Positions 12,201 to 27,800 of a stretch of DNA of 64,000 nt are shown in pieces. Within the stretch, counting starts at the first letter, position 1. Every line of letters starts with the position of its first letter. The position numbers and the translations under genes were made by a program. This DNA is from Tubiluchus corallicola (Eukaryota > Animalia > Priapulida), in contig JAQGDQ010000637.1 of NCBI GenBank assembly GCA_030141605.1, positions 1 to 64,000 on the forward strand, read 5' to 3'. The notes under the pieces were generated by a model. It had not been told where the DNA came from. It worked only from the letters and a program-made list of their open reading frames with translations, and ran no database searches.

Positions 12201-15200
12201 CACTATAACTACTTATAGTTAAGCACATCGCATTCTCTGCCTATTTCCCTCTTCCTGTCGTTCTGTATTCTTGTCATTGTGAGTTCTGTACCATTTGTTC
12301 ATTTTCCAAAATAAAAGTTCCTCAAAAGCCATGCCTGTGCTGCTAGAAGACAACATAAAAACTGTTTTACAGCATGAATTGTATATTAACACAGTTTTGT
12401 AGTGGCACCTTGATGGCCTAAAACTTTTCATTAATTTAATCATAGACGGGTAGTTGACTTGATGACAAATTGGTCCCTCACTACCCTTTCTCCTACTCCC
12501 CCTGTAATTCATCTTCTGACTTCTTTGCACTTATGCTGCTCTCGAATTATGTTATATACGTAATTAATTTTTGCTTTTACTCTGTAAATGTGTGTTTTAA
12601 GGAGATACATAAAAATTGTCTATTCTCTATTGTTTATTTCTTAAACAAGAAGTCTTGACTTCTAATTTTCGTACCATACAATGATGGTGTATAAATAATT
12701 GTAAAAATTACATCTGTGCCGGAAGGCATTTAATTCCTGTGGCAAAAATGGATTTATCACAATTAGAAGTATCGAAAAATACTATGTACATACTGGCAGT
12801 GAATACTTCTACATTATACAACTTATTTGTTCTCACCTTCAGGTTTAAGTGGATACAGTTTACCTACTAAACTGTGTGATAAAAACAGGCCAATATTAGA
12901 AGCTGGGTCAGAAGATTGGTTTGTGATGACAACTGAGAATTCACTTGGTGAACTTTCAAGCATCGAATTGTGGCATGATAACACAGGAGAAAGTCCAAAA
13001 TGGTAATAAAAATATTTTACTTCAACTTATTAATGCATGATTGTGCAGAATTAGTGGCACCGTACATGCACATATTATTTTAATTGATTAGCAATTTCTC
13101 ACCAGCTTTAGTTATTCACAGATTATGTAACTAAAAATCGGGCCCATTAGAAATTACCTCCAAGATTCACTTATGTTTCATTATTTCCAGTCCAGATTAG
13201 TCGTCGCAACATTTTGCTCCAAGAGAGCGCCATCCAAGATTTCTAATAATTTTTGATTTTCAAACACAGTTTCGTTGTTCATTTAGTTACAAATTACAGA
13301 GCTATTTGTTATCCTAAATTAATTATTGAGTTCGATTAATGTTTTTTCCAGACAGATTTTAATGAATTTAGCTATAGACATTTTTAATATATAAGACTGT
13401 ACATGTATGATTCTTACGTTTTGCCACTACTGCACACTGCATGTAAAACGACCCAAAAAGTTTCTCTTTTTAGGTATCTTAATCAGATTGTTGTAAGAGA
13501 TTTACAAACAAATGAAGTTTGGTGTTTTCTGTATAATAATTGGTTGGCAGTGCATCAAGGTCCACAAACAATTTATTGTACACTGGGACCAGCAAAAATG
13601 CAGAAGCTTGTGGTAAGCGTTAAGAGTTAATTACCACTAATTTTGTCTGTTTAATTCACATTGGCCAATCCACTGCTACTTGGCAATGTATTTTTATCAT
13701 AACTAATGTAACTAAGTTATGGCAGTTTTATTCTTAACGTAACTAGTTATGGCAGATTTATTTTTAACGTAACTAAGTTATGGCAGATTTATTCTTAATG
13801 TAAGTAAGTTATGGCAGATTTATTCTTAAAGTAACTAGTTTAACTAGTTATGGCAGATTTATTCTTAACGTAACTAAGGCATGGCAGTTGTATTCTTAAT
13901 GTAACTAAGTTATGGCAGATTTATTCTAAATTTAACTAAGTTATGGCAGTTTTATTCTTAATGTAACTAAGTTGTGGCAGATTTATTCTTAACGTAACTA
14001 AGGTATAGCAGTTTTATTCTTAACGTAACTAAGTTAGGGCAGATTTATTCTAAACTACTCCGGATGCATCTGCATCTTAATTAGCTTTGGGGTTTCATCG
14101 TTTCTTATCATTGTCCTTTTTCTCACACTTTTTTGCACTAAACTAGAATTTATCCTGAAATTTGAATACGAGCAATTGTACACTTCATTATCGTTTTGTG
14201 ATGCGAATGTGCAGTAATTTCATATTTCACTATAGTTGCAGTGTGTCACACATGTGTCAGGCATGTGTTGCACGCTCTTTCGCATGCGCACATTCACCAA
14301 ATTTCACTTCTCACTCATTCCATAGCTTTACAAGCAAGTCTGCAAGTCACCTGGCTTCGTTTACCATCATTGTCAGTCATGACACACTTAGTGTAGTACT
14401 ACTCTTCACTTCTTCAGGACTGTACCGCTCAAAATAGGTCTTATATGACCTATAAACTTTTTGCAACGGTATGAGCACAAACATAACTAAATGATTACAA
14501 ATTGGGTACTGTTCTATTCTGGAGAATTTCGGTTATCCAATCATGGTATTTGTTTAAACATTAGTAAGTGATTTAATTGGCTATAATTAAGAAAAACATG
14601 CAGTTCAGGTACTCCAACTTAGCCTATTGAGTAGCTTTGTTTGGTGTACACTTGCATGATCGTACACACTAATTTACTTATCGCCTGCTTGCTACAGGTC
14701 AGAAGAACAGGTACAGAGGTACTTGCTACAGGTACAGAGTTCCAGGAAACTCAACTGATCAGTGAAGGATAAATTAAGGTGGTTTCAACGTTTAATGGGA
14801 ATTTGTCCTTAAAAACAGAGTAAACCACAGATCAAAGCTTAGCAGTGTGTTGTGTCTGGATAGTTTAGATTTTCTGCATTAGTCGATTTCACACAAGTGA
14901 TACTTTTCTTTATAATTTGTTTAAGGTAAACAAATACCATTAATATACCATTAGAACATGAGAACCCATTGTTTGAGGAGCAGAAACCTACAAAAATGTG
15001 TAACCGTTGCTTATTGAAAGCAGTTTTTCATAAACCCATGCATAATGCAGCAAATTCTTACAGTCATGATAGAGTTTTAATAAGACAGCACTACAATAAT
15101 ACAGTTTCGCAATGTATATTACACTAAAGGCAACACTGCAATTTTTAAAAAATAAGCACTTTTGTATGTTATTGAGCTTTTCTTTCATCCTTATAATAAA

Positions 15201-18200
15201 AGAACATTATGAAAGTATAACTTCATAATTTATATTTCAAAGCAAAGTGAACTGCATTAACAGCATAAGAAGGCAAGATCAGTAGTTATTTCTTCCTCTA
15301 ATGTTTTGATAATTTGATTTTGATACACAAAAAGGCAAAAAAATTAAGCATTTTACATTTCATACTATCATATATCATACATATCATACTTGTATTTAAG
15401 GACATTTATGTATTTTTAATAGTTGTGTTCTGCTGTCATAGCGTCTTTTTGTTAACTTGTCTTTCTGAGAAGGGTGGTTGACTTGCTAACTTTTGGTTTT
15501 TCGCCACCCTTTCTCACATGTTCATTTGTATTTTTGTATATTTTATTGTTAAATTAATGTAAATTTATGGAGAAAAATAAAAATTACTTACTTACTTTCT
15601 TACTTACTTACTAATTTTTGAATCTAATGGTTGGCAGGTCAATAAAACAATAAGTTGCACTTCCCGTGGATAACCAAAGTCTTAATTAATTTATTACTGA
15701 TAAGAACAGAATTACAAACACATGTATAAGACTTTGTTATCTTGTCTTACTTACAGTAAGAGATAATTTTAATTATTTATATTTTTTATTTCTGGTTTAG
15801 GGGTTTACACACGTATTTGCATCAAAAGCTGCTGTAGGATTCAGAGATAGTCACTTATGGGCAAGCATATTCTGTAGGCCTGCACAAAGTAACTTCACTA
15901 GAATCCAGGTCAGTGAAATGATCTGTTGTATTTACCTTTTCTCTGAGTGACCATTGGTTTTTAATAAAAATATTTGTTTTTTTATAACATTGTTTATTAC
16001 TTTTTATATGTAAAGTGGCATCACTAAGGATGTCCTCGTCTATGGTAGCAAAATATAACAATTGTGTCACATGTTATGACAACACTAATAATAATTACCG
16101 TATTTTCCCGTGTATAAGAGACCCTTGTGTATAAGAGACCCCTTCAATTTTTAGGCAAAAATTCTGGAAAAAAGTTTTTTCAGACGAACATTTTTAGAGG
16201 GTAAAGTACAACTTTTTTCAACTCAGTGCGGTACTGAAAACAAAATAAAACCAGTTAATGTGTTGTAGAAAAAGAGTACTGGTATATATTAAAGTGCGTA
16301 CCTGCAAACCTGTAACAGGAAAAGAGAAAACGAGGAGATAATGCCTGTGTCACGATGCTTGTATTGCTTACAACCGCTTCATAGTCGAACGCGACACGCG
16401 AAACAGTTGTAGAGCACTTATTTCTTTAAAATCATTAGTGTCACAATTTATGCATCTTATTGAAAAGACTTACTCCATGTATAAGAGACCCCCTATTTTT
16501 AAAGTGAAAATTCTGAGCAAAAAAGGGTCTCTTATACACGGGAAAATACGGACGTTATGCTTTGCATAAAATGTCTCTTGCACAAGTCATACAGTCGGAA
16601 GTATGGGTAATTAAAATCAAATCGAATTTGCGACTTTCAAGCTCGAATCCAAACCGAATTCAGTTTTAAAAATTTTCAAAGTATTAATAAAAGTGGTCTC
16701 ATAACGATCAATCGTATTGCTTGATTTTATTCTGCAGTGAAAACACCAGTAATATGGGGCTAAAAATTGTGCACAGAAATCGCAGCTAAACTGCACTGAT
16801 TGCATACTGTCTCAGACGTTCCAAGTTTTCAAACTTTCAAAAGAGCGTATGCAGTTGAAATGCTGAATTATTCGAATTTACAATTTTAATCTCAAACTCA
16901 GTATCTGTTAGTAGGATATGGTTGAAAGAGGTGCAAGTTCCCTTAGTTGACGTGTTAAAGAAACTCTGCTAAGTACAATACATTGCTATTCACAGTTCTT
17001 TTTTACCATCAAAGAAAATTACTTTGTCAAACACCATAGAGACCACTGTCAAGTTTACTACATTTAAATTGTAGTTTTTGTTAAGTCCAACTGTCAAATT
17101 ATTAAGTTTGGGAATTTTCTTTCTTGTTAGAGACTCACTTGTCTGTTATCACTGCTACTGACGGGCATGTTAGCAAACATCATGTTTTACGGTATTCCAA
17201 TAGATCCCAAAGACCAGCTTGTCATAGGAAGCATGAGGTTATCATGGCAGTCGCTCATTATCGGTGAGTTGCGTTTTCATTTAAAAGAAAAACAGAGATG
17301 TGCATCTATTGATGCACAAGAAATCACTTTTCATAAATAAAGCTTGAAATTTTTTTTCCTTACATGTTGTCTTAATGCATACAGAGCTTGCCAGTAAATT
17401 TGTAAATTTGAACACCAACAATAGCTATTTGATACAGCAATTTTTCAGGGTTAGTCGTTTGAAATAAGTTTAGATGACATTGTGTTAAAATAGAAAAAAT
17501 AATCAGAGAATTTGTAGTGCTCTTCGTTAGAGAAGCAAAAGTTTAAATTACATTACATTACATTAATGTGTGTTTTGATGAATCAGTGGTACACACTGGG
17601 ATGGCGATGCAGTGTGTTTTACCAAGTGGCATGAATATGTAAAAATTAAGAAATTTTTTCTAGCATAGGTATTTCAAGCAGGTAAGCATAAGTGCAAAAT
17701 GATATAAGTTTATTTAGAAAGATTTTTGGGAAGTTCTTTAAAATAGTTTGTTCTTCCCCTTTAAGAACATCAAATGCAGCATAAATGTGTGATGAAATGA
17801 CGCTTTAATTGATAAAACCAAGACTGTACTTATTGCTGTTGTTTGCAGATGAATTGTGGCACAAAATAAAGTACATTATCGAAATAATGCGACTGTTTCT
17901 CTTGTCGAATTTATAATACCTATTACAAACTTATGATACCATACATGAACAAAGCAGGAAGCGATAGGAAGAGAAAAGAAAAAAACTCCAGTGGATGACT
18001 TTGTTTCATTTTAGTTTTATCTCATTTTCAATCTGTCGTTCACAATTTGTTTGGCAGTCTATTGTTTTGTAGTGGTATACAAAAGAAAGGTAGGCCTGTA
18101 TCACTTAACTGCTTGTTAAACCTACATTCTAACGAGAATTCCATAAAACAATGCTGAGAGACACGAACAATAACCTATTTAATCTGAAACAATGGCCACA

Positions 18201-18790
18201 GTTTAGGAAATAGTTCTTTGACGCGCTAAAATTCCATTTCTGCGTTTTTGCTTTGTGACTGAAACAGCAAGCAGCAGCAGACGAGAAATGGAGAAATTTT
18301 CAATCTTGTTGATTTGTTTCAGTTCATCGTTGTTCCTCATTAAATATGGTAAGAGTAGTCGTAGTTTATAATAATTATTAACAGATGTCATCATTGTTTC
18401 TTTCTGAAAAACTGAATTTGGTTTCTAACCGTTGTAAACTTTGATCAGATTTAATTTGCACTGTTTAGCCAAAAGACGTTTAAAACTTTAAAGGTATTAA
18501 GTCAAATAATGAAAAATCAAAACTCTGAACTGATGACAAAGGACACTGTTCTCTATACTCGATGTTCCTATTTTTGCATTATGAACATTTTGAAAAACAA
18601 TGTCAAGGTGATAAGAACCAGGGCCTATTTCAGCCTGAGCGAGGCCCGAGGAAGTGGGGCGTGTGAGGCCTCTTGGGGTTAATATGGAGTTATACAGTTG
18701 TTAAAGGAAAGAACAATTGAAAGAAAAACTGCTTTATTTTCAAGACCAGTCCTTAATACTTGTCAATATTGGCGAACGGCGCGCGTGCGG

Positions 18791-18868
<78 letters not shown>

Positions 18869-21800
18869 TGCAGGACAGAACAAGACATGTTTTTTTTTCA
18901 TCATTTCGTTCTACAAAGTTAATTCATGAATCTGCAGAATCATTTTATTTTGTTTTAGGTATTGAAAGCAGTTTGATAGTTCTACCCATAAATATATTGA
19001 TCATTCAGATATTTCGGATGTCAAAAGGACACGTGAAGTCTGTTCTTTTACCTACTGTTGGTCTTCCAGAGGAGCCTGAAGAGTAAGCAATTTTATTAAG
19101 TTTAGTAAGATGTGCCTCTTCTGTTATGTATGAATGCACGTAACAAACTAGGTAGTCTAAAGTATGTACTTAGTATGAACTTATAAATCCTTGTTTCAAC
19201 GAGAGACAAAATAAAAGTAACGTTAACACATAACAGCAAGAACAGAAGACGATGAAAGAGGCTCTCACAAACTACAGACTAGTCACGTATGCATGACACC
19301 ATTACATAGCAGGTCTATAACGTAACTGTATACGTAACAAAGCTATCTAGCTTTCTGCCTATAATTTTCTGTGTTCTGATACTTATAAATAGTTGTGCAA
19401 ACATTACATAACATTTGGCCACTAGCCACCTGGTTGTGAGTAGTCAAAGTTACTACATTGCAATGAAGGAAATGTTCGCTCAGATTTATGGATATTGTAT
19501 CACTTCATTAGATGGTCTGTATTAACTAACAAATTAAGGTCGAAACACTTTTAACTAAAATTGATTTCTTCTACAAAATATCACCTTCCGAGCACTTTCT
19601 AATTGACAGTGAACTTGTTACCTGCCTAGTTTTGTCAAAAGAGTGGAATTCAAATGCATAATTCTGGTAGAATTATATTTCTACCAGGAAGCCAAAGATG
19701 TAACCAATTAACAGACCTGTAGGAAAGAAGGACATACACAAATGTATAATAGCTCGGCATTTGTAAACAAACTTTTTTTCAAGTTTATTTCACCAGCAAA
19801 CAACAATAATACAAATATACATGTACAAATTCTTGTATAATTGAAAACAGCAAAAAAATGAAATAAGTTCTGACTCCTTAGAAATACTACATTAAGTTGC
19901 TGAAGTTTGGCATGGCAGCTAAAAAGGGGCCTTCGTTAAGCCACCTTGAAATGTGAAATAAGGAATGAAGAAGGTAGATGATGAGAAAGGAAGACAATAA
20001 AGAAGAGCTATGTTGCAGTTAGTAGAAAGAAAATAGGAGAGAAGAAGTCAAAAGAAAACATAAAATAAGAAAACAATGACCATGTTCATATTAGCTGCAA
20101 CTGATTTTTGACAAGAAACCGGCGGATGGATGCTAAACGACCGGTACGAATCACCAACTAAGTGGATTATTCATTATTAGAGATAAGACAAAAACATATG
20201 GCATTTCAAAAATATTTGTAGATTTGCTGCTTTTTGTGTTTGGAGCAATATTGTTCCATTGTAGGGGGGCTGTGAATTTAAGAAAATGTCTATCAAGATT
20301 TTTCTACAATAGGGTATAAGATATTAATTGAAACGTGTGCTATATTGTGTTTGGTTATGTAATACTGGAATAATGAAAGTAGTTGGAAACAAACCGAAAC
20401 GTGTTTTGTACATATACGTAGATAGGTTAAATAAAATTAAATCTTCTAAAATTAAAATGTTACTGTTTCAAAATAATGATTTAGGTACTGTTGTATATTT
20501 TGAGAGATCATTCATGATGCGGAGAAATTTTCTTTGATGTCTATTTAAGATAACCAGGTTCATAGGATAAGTTCTGCCCCATAACACACAACAGTATGTT
20601 AAGTAAGGCAAAACTAATCTATTATATCAAGATAATAAATGAAATTTACATAGTTTGTTTTTGATAAATAAAATTATTCCAATGTTTTTTGCAATTTTTT
20701 GACTTATCATGTCTATATGAGGCTGCCAGTCTAAATTTTCGTGCAGGACTATTCCTAAAAAATTGAAAGTATTTACACGCCCAATCAAAGATCCATCAAT
20801 ATATATATTTATATCATTTAGAAGTTTTTTGTTTTTGTTATAAAAAATCATGCATTTTGTTTTGTTTGGGTTATGAGATAATTTGTTAGATCTGAACCAA
20901 TCTGCAATTAGAGGTATCATCTCATTTATCTGTTCTATTGAATAAGAAGAGAAATTAAAACATAGAGTTGTATCATCAGCAAACTGAAATAAGTTCGAGT
21001 TATGTAATAAATTATTTAGATCATTTATGTAGTAAGGTTCTTACACATAGCTAAACTAGATATTGCTGTAGTATAGTCTGTGGGAAGGGCTTCCTACCTA
21101 TCACCCCTCCTTTCATAATACTATAACCTATCCATCTTGAAAAGTGCATGACACAGATATCCAAGAGAGTACAGTGTAACTGCTGAAACTGAAAGCAGCC
21201 AAAATGCTTTAACTTTTAGCTTTAACTTTACTTACAAAAACGGTTAAAATCCCAAACTTGATTATAAGAGTCTTTGAAGCAGCACTAAACTTGTGCACAT
21301 CTACTATTTGACTGATCTAACATAAAGAGAATATCAATGGTGATACCAAACTACTTCAGTTTTGATGTTGTGGATGGAGCTTTATTCACACTGATGAGAT
21401 GTTGGAACTCTCTACGATGTGCCCTATTCTAAACTGCATGCAGAGGCGTGACTAGCCACCAGTGTCCAGACGTTGTGGATTGTGGACGTACCCTGAGTCA
21501 ACCACAAAAACTTGTGAGCCATTCCTTAGTTCATGTTTGATTGGTGCTGCGGCCGGCGTCATCACCGTTGATTGTTATGGCCATAGACTTGAAGTCGTTG
21601 ATGTGTTGCTGTGACTGACTGGAGTGAGCTATGTCCGCGGACTCCTCTCCCATGTCCTTGTCCTCTCAGGGGAAGGGTTAACTGATAAGTAGGCATTTTG
21701 TTTTCTTTTCACTTTCGCAGTTATTACATCTTACTTGTTGAGCACGACTGATTAAGTAACTGACAAACCAAGTATTGGCTATGCCTCGGATTCCATAATG

Positions 21801-24800
21801 AGTTAATTTGCAAAGAAGAATTGAGTGGTCTATAGTATCAAATGTTTTCGATAGGTCACAGAAAATGCTTACTGCATTATTTTCAATGATGGTTACAATC
21901 TGTTCACAAATTTTAATTATTACTAATTCTGTTGAACATCCTTTACGAAATCCAAACTGAGTGTTGCAAAGAATATTGTGTTTATTTAAATATTTAAGAA
22001 AGTTGATTGTGTACAGCACTTTCTAATACTTTGGAAAAAAAGGATAACAGAGAAACTGGTCGATAATTGTCTAATTTAGTGTCATCACCATTTTTGAAAA
22101 AGGGGAATTGCAACAGCTTGCTTTAATTTATTACGGACTTGTCCACTACTTACTATATGACTAATAGGTGTGGCAATGGATGGCATGATATCATTAATAA
22201 CCTTAGGAGAAAAATTGTCCATCCCCGGACTTTTATTTGAGTATAACATTTTGCAAATATTTATTACCTCAGCGGGGCTGACTGTTTCAAAAAAGGAGGA
22301 GTTAAGGTAACTTGCCATTAAGTGTTCTGAATAATGCTTATTTGAGTTTCCTATTTTATTTGCAAGAGATGATCCAATACTCGCAAAATATTCATTGAAT
22401 TTATCTGCTATTTCACTATTATTGGTCAGTATTTTATTATTGACATGGAGTTTTATATTAATTGATTTTTTACCTTTGTTATTTATTTCTTTGATTATTG
22501 TCTTTGTAGTTTTTTTATATTATTTTTATAATTTTGTAATTTATTTTTGTAGTAATTAGTTTAAGCAAGTTTAATAAGATTATTCCCTTTATTCCGACAT
22601 TGTTTGTATTGATTAGTGAAGGTAAGCTTTCAGTGTTAGCACTTTTTATTTTTGTGTTTAATAGACTGCAATAAACCAGGCGTGATCCAGGGGTTCTTTG
22701 CTCTGTTTGGGCTAACTGTTAATTCTTTTTCCCTGATATTAGTTGCGAATATATTCTGAAATTTGTCATGGAAGCTATTTATAGCGTCGTCAGTATTTGT
22801 CTCATCAAGAACTTCATCTCATTTTTTCATTTGATAAGTCTTCAATTAAAGATGTGTAATTTCTTGATTGTATGTAAATCTTCTACAAGAAAATAGCTGT
22901 GTCGATAAAGGCAATAATAATTCACTTATAAGAAATACAGGGTGGTAATCAGTGATATCAGTCAGTGAGATACCGGATTTGTAGTCATGCTGTATCATAT
23001 TCGTTAAAATGTTGTCAATGAGTGTAGCTGAGATATTTGTAATGCGTGTTATTACCAGATCAGATCAAGAAAATGTTTAGTGTCGGTATGAGTCTGAAAG
23101 GTAAAGAAGTTTAGGTTAAAATCACTGGTTACACATACATGTTTTGTGTGTCTGTTAATTTTAGTTAAAATATCGAGTACTTTATCGTTAAACAATAATG
23201 GGCATTCGCCCTGTGGACGAATGACTGAAACGACTATAATGTTTTTATTTTTGCACAATATTTCCACAAATACTGTTTCAATATTCTCATCAGACATTGT
23301 TAAATCTTGACGCTGAATGCATGGTCGTAAATAAAGCCACACCACCCCCAATTTTATTAATTTTTCTATTATTAGATAAAAAATTTATATCCGGGGATGT
23401 GAAATGCACAATAAAGGTTACCGTCAAGCTAGGTGTCAGATAATTCAATGACTGAGAAGTCTATACCAAGGATTTTTAGATATGTGGAAAATTGATTAAA
23501 ATTATGTTTCGTACTTCGAATATTCCAATGAATTATTGAAAACAGATTATCACTTTTTGGGAAATTATTGAAATTGATCAACATCATAATATTTGCTACA
23601 TTTTTGTATATTCATATCAGTAAAAAACTTTTCATCGGGATCAACATTTTGAATATTGACAATGGTTGAGAGATTAATATTATCATACAAATCAAGGTTC
23701 AATGAATCTATATCAATATCTGAATAAGAAATTACAATGTCTAGTTAACAAATAAAAATTATTGTCATCAATATTATTAAACGGAAAAATTTCCTACAAA
23801 ACAAAAGCGGCAAAACCATGGGACTGTTTCTCTAAAAAGTATATTATAATCAGCAATAGTTAAAAGAGAGCATTTAAGATGAATCCAGAATCCGCAGCAA
23901 TCGCGCAGCATCCCACGCTGGTTTCTCTTTACTGTTTTTTTTGCACAAAGTAACGGGAAATTGAATCATGATCAAAGTTAGTAAAAATAACTTAAGCGAA
24001 ATTTAATGAAATGAGCTACTTTGCACATTAAGAGAAGGCTTGTTAGGATAGTTGTTTGTATAATTGGGTAGTAGTCATAGTTAGTCTTTAGATGATAAAA
24101 AAGCTTTTTGTCAAAGTTAGTCTTTGTTTTCACCACGACAAGTTTAAAAATTTAAAGTATTGTATTTAAAGATATTTGTACAACACTATATAATATTCAT
24201 TACATTTTCCTGCGATTTTTTCAGTTTAGTGACCTTGAACAACAGGAAAGATTTTATTATTATTAATTAAACAGAGTATCTAGGTTTCTATGGGTTGTTT
24301 ACATTTTTTTTTAAAAATATGCATGTCATACCTTCTTCCCGCATCATGGCAATGATAACTGCCACCATTACCAATGCCACCACTGCAGCAAAATTTAAAA
24401 TTTGGCTGTTGTTCTTATGATTATCAAAATAATGTTTTCGCCATTGTTTGTTGTTTTTGAAAACTATTTTCAAGTTGAATTCATTCCTATGTATGCATGC
24501 TTAATGACTCCATCCGTTTTACTAGCAGTAAAAACTATGATTTAGTTTTGCACAATATTTTCCAGGTTAGAAGACTCGTTAGAAAAAATTGATCCAGAAT
24601 CGATGGCAAACTTGGATGAAAAGGTAGGAATTTTCGATTTCTGCAGTTGTATATCTTCACTTTTTTTTAATTATTATCAAACTTAACAAAGGCATTTGTA
24701 CTTATTTTTATATTACCATGTGGCAATCAATAATGGTTACATTAAATATTTTGATTGTGACGTTTATTTTAGGAGAAGAAAAGGAGAATGTCTGTATCAC

Positions 24801-27800
24801 AAATGCACAAAGAGTGGTTGAGCCTCAAGCAAGAAGAGGCAGCATGCTCACAAGAACTGTACAATGGAACTAGAAAAATAAAGAACAATTTAAGAACTTG
24901 GCTTCATTACCTTCGTCTAATGCATGAGGAAGCAGGCGCGAGTGAGACTCACCTAGCTGCTTTTGCAAGTGGCATTTATGCACCTAAATTCTCTATTGCG
25001 CCTGATCGCCATTGGTTGGAAGCATTAAAAGACGCCGAAAATGAAGAGGTAGAGGAAGAAGCTGCTAGCATAGACGTGAAAGAAGAAACTGTTCCTGGTG
25101 ATGACAAAGAAATATTCATTGAGGAAATACCAAAGAAATTGTCAGTACGTTACAATTTTGGTGTAACTACAACAAAAACCATACCTTTTCCATTCTCTTT
25201 GCTTTTTGGAAAAGACGTTTATGGTAACCCAGCGTTTAATTTACCACAATGGTGTGCCATTATTGGTTGGACACTTGCCCTGGGTTTGTCTCTCGTCTGC
25301 AGCTACTTGGTGATGCTCTATGGTCTAAAGTTTGGTTATTCAAAAAGTGTTGCCTGGCTGTATTCGATGTTGACCAGCGTCATAGAAAGCATCTTCCTCT
25401 CACAACCGATAAAAGTTTTAATAATGGCTGTGTTGCTAACACTGATATTTAAACAGCCAAATGAACTGCCACGTGCTCTAACTGATGTACCGTTACAGGA
25501 AGACGAAGAGCATGTGCAACAAGAACTGCTAGAAGAGCATGAAAGGTCTGTAAGAAAATCAGAAAATTTGCATCAGTTTGTTTCATATTTTACCTAGTCT
25601 GTTGTATGATAAGTGCAATTTAAACACAAAAACTGTTCACACAGAAAATTCACTTAATATGTAGTAGAGGTGAGCAAGGAACTTCCGTATTTGGTTCGAT
25701 CCAGTTCTTTTTTGTTCGAATTCAATTTGCATCAAAAATTATAGATTTGAATAATTCATCACTTCAACTACATACATTCTTTATCGTGAAAATGTTTGTA
25801 ACTGCATACAATCCGCACAGTTTAGCTGCAATTTCTGTGCATAATTATTAAAGAAATTATTAGTGCTTTTGCTGCAGAATAAAATCGCGTAATATGCATG
25901 ATCTTTGTGAGACCGGTTGTTTTATTCGTGATTTGAAAACATATTCGACAATGTTTACGGCTGAATTCAAAGTTGATTCCTATTTGAAATCTGGAAATTT
26001 GTTTAGATTCGCGTTGAAAGTCGCAAATAAGGTTCTATTTGAATTTGCTTTGTGGTAGAGAAAGCTCACCCCTACCTGGCACCCAGTATAGCTCACGTAT
26101 GTTCCAGAAACATTCAGTTATCTGATACAATTAACACATTCTCATTCGTAGTGTACAAGATAGTAAGTTGTTATGTGAGTGGTCTGACATTTGATGTAAG
26201 TTAAACTACTTTCTTTTCAGGATCTCAGAGAGGCGACGAACATACAGGCCTCCAGAGCAAAAGTTGATAGAACTTGATAGAAAACGTCGTCTACATGACC
26301 AATTCATAGACAAGATATTGAAGGAAATTATCTTATTTGGAATTTTTGTACTTCTTCTGTCAAACATTGTTTACAATTTTCGAGACAAAAGGTGCATATT
26401 GGTTACATCATAATAAAAAGCATAATATTCTACATGCTTATAATAGTATTCTTGTTCATGTGCATAATCAGATCTTGCAAATCAGTCAGTGCATAATTAA
26501 TTCAAAATATCATCAATTCAGTAAACTAAATTCAATCGTGTATTACACATACTCAATTATGCATGTAAGCTCTGTATGACCAAAATTTAAACTTTGAATG
26601 ATAGAAAGAGGAAAGGAGGAATTATTATTATTATCATCAGATTTCTGTTGCTGGAGGTGCTTGTAACTATTGGCAGTATTGTATTAACCATAAATATGTC
26701 TTTTATTTGTAGGTCCTACTTGGTAACAAAATGGGTAGAAGATGTGTTTATTAAGTCAAGATATCAAAATCACACAAAATTTAGTGAAGTAAGTACCCTG
26801 CGTTGAACCACTGAATGCATTTTAACTCCTTCAGTGCCAGGAACCGAACCAACCGATCAGCCAAGGACAAATTAACGTCATCATATTTTTTAACAAGAAT
26901 TGCTCATGAAAAATAGAGCATACTATTTGAGGCCAGTTAAAATTTTCTGCATTAGCCAATTTCACACAAGTGGCACTGTACTTTGTTATTGTGCAAACAT
27001 TTAAGTTACTGAAAGATTTTTTCAATTTTTTCATCGAAAATCGATTTCTAATTTGTCTAAGTAAGCAAATACATTTCATATATAATTTTGCATAAAAGCC
27101 CATTATATGACAAGTTGAAATTTATAAAAACTGTCAAATATATTGCAATCATTGCTTAGTAAGAACAGCTTTTTGTGCAAAATGCAGCAAACTCTTGTGG
27201 CCCTGAAGGAGTTAAAAATGTGCTTGTAGCTTAGATCAGCTTCTGTTAAAATGCTTCTTTTTTATTTGCTTAATAACCAAACTTTTTAATTAAACTCCCA
27301 TTGTAGTGAAAGTATCTATACCTTAGTGAGTTCACACAATTGTTAATTTATTAGAGTTCAGTGACACTAAAATTGCACATTTTTGGCTTCGGCATTACGA
27401 TTTATCATGGGAACCCAAAATTCGGATTTTGTTTTCAGAGACAACATCAAAATCAGTTGTGCATGCAGAGCTTTGGTAACATTGTTTTAGTATAAATCAG
27501 GAAAAATGAAAAAGATAAAATCTTATATGAGGAGAAAATTTACTCTCGCTGAACAATAAAAACATACAATGCAAATAATTTAATTAAATTTAATATTTGA
27601 CATTACTGATACTTGTCAGCAAATGTCCGTCAGCTGTTTCATAATGTATAAGAAATTTTCAACTTTTGGGGTGGTATGATCCTTCTGTTTCTTGTGGAAA
27701 GTTTCTGTATCCATAGAATGGGGACTTTTTAACGGTGCAGATTTTATCTGATATTCATGAAAGCAAGGTCCGACAAATCAAGATATGAGTGAATTTTGCA

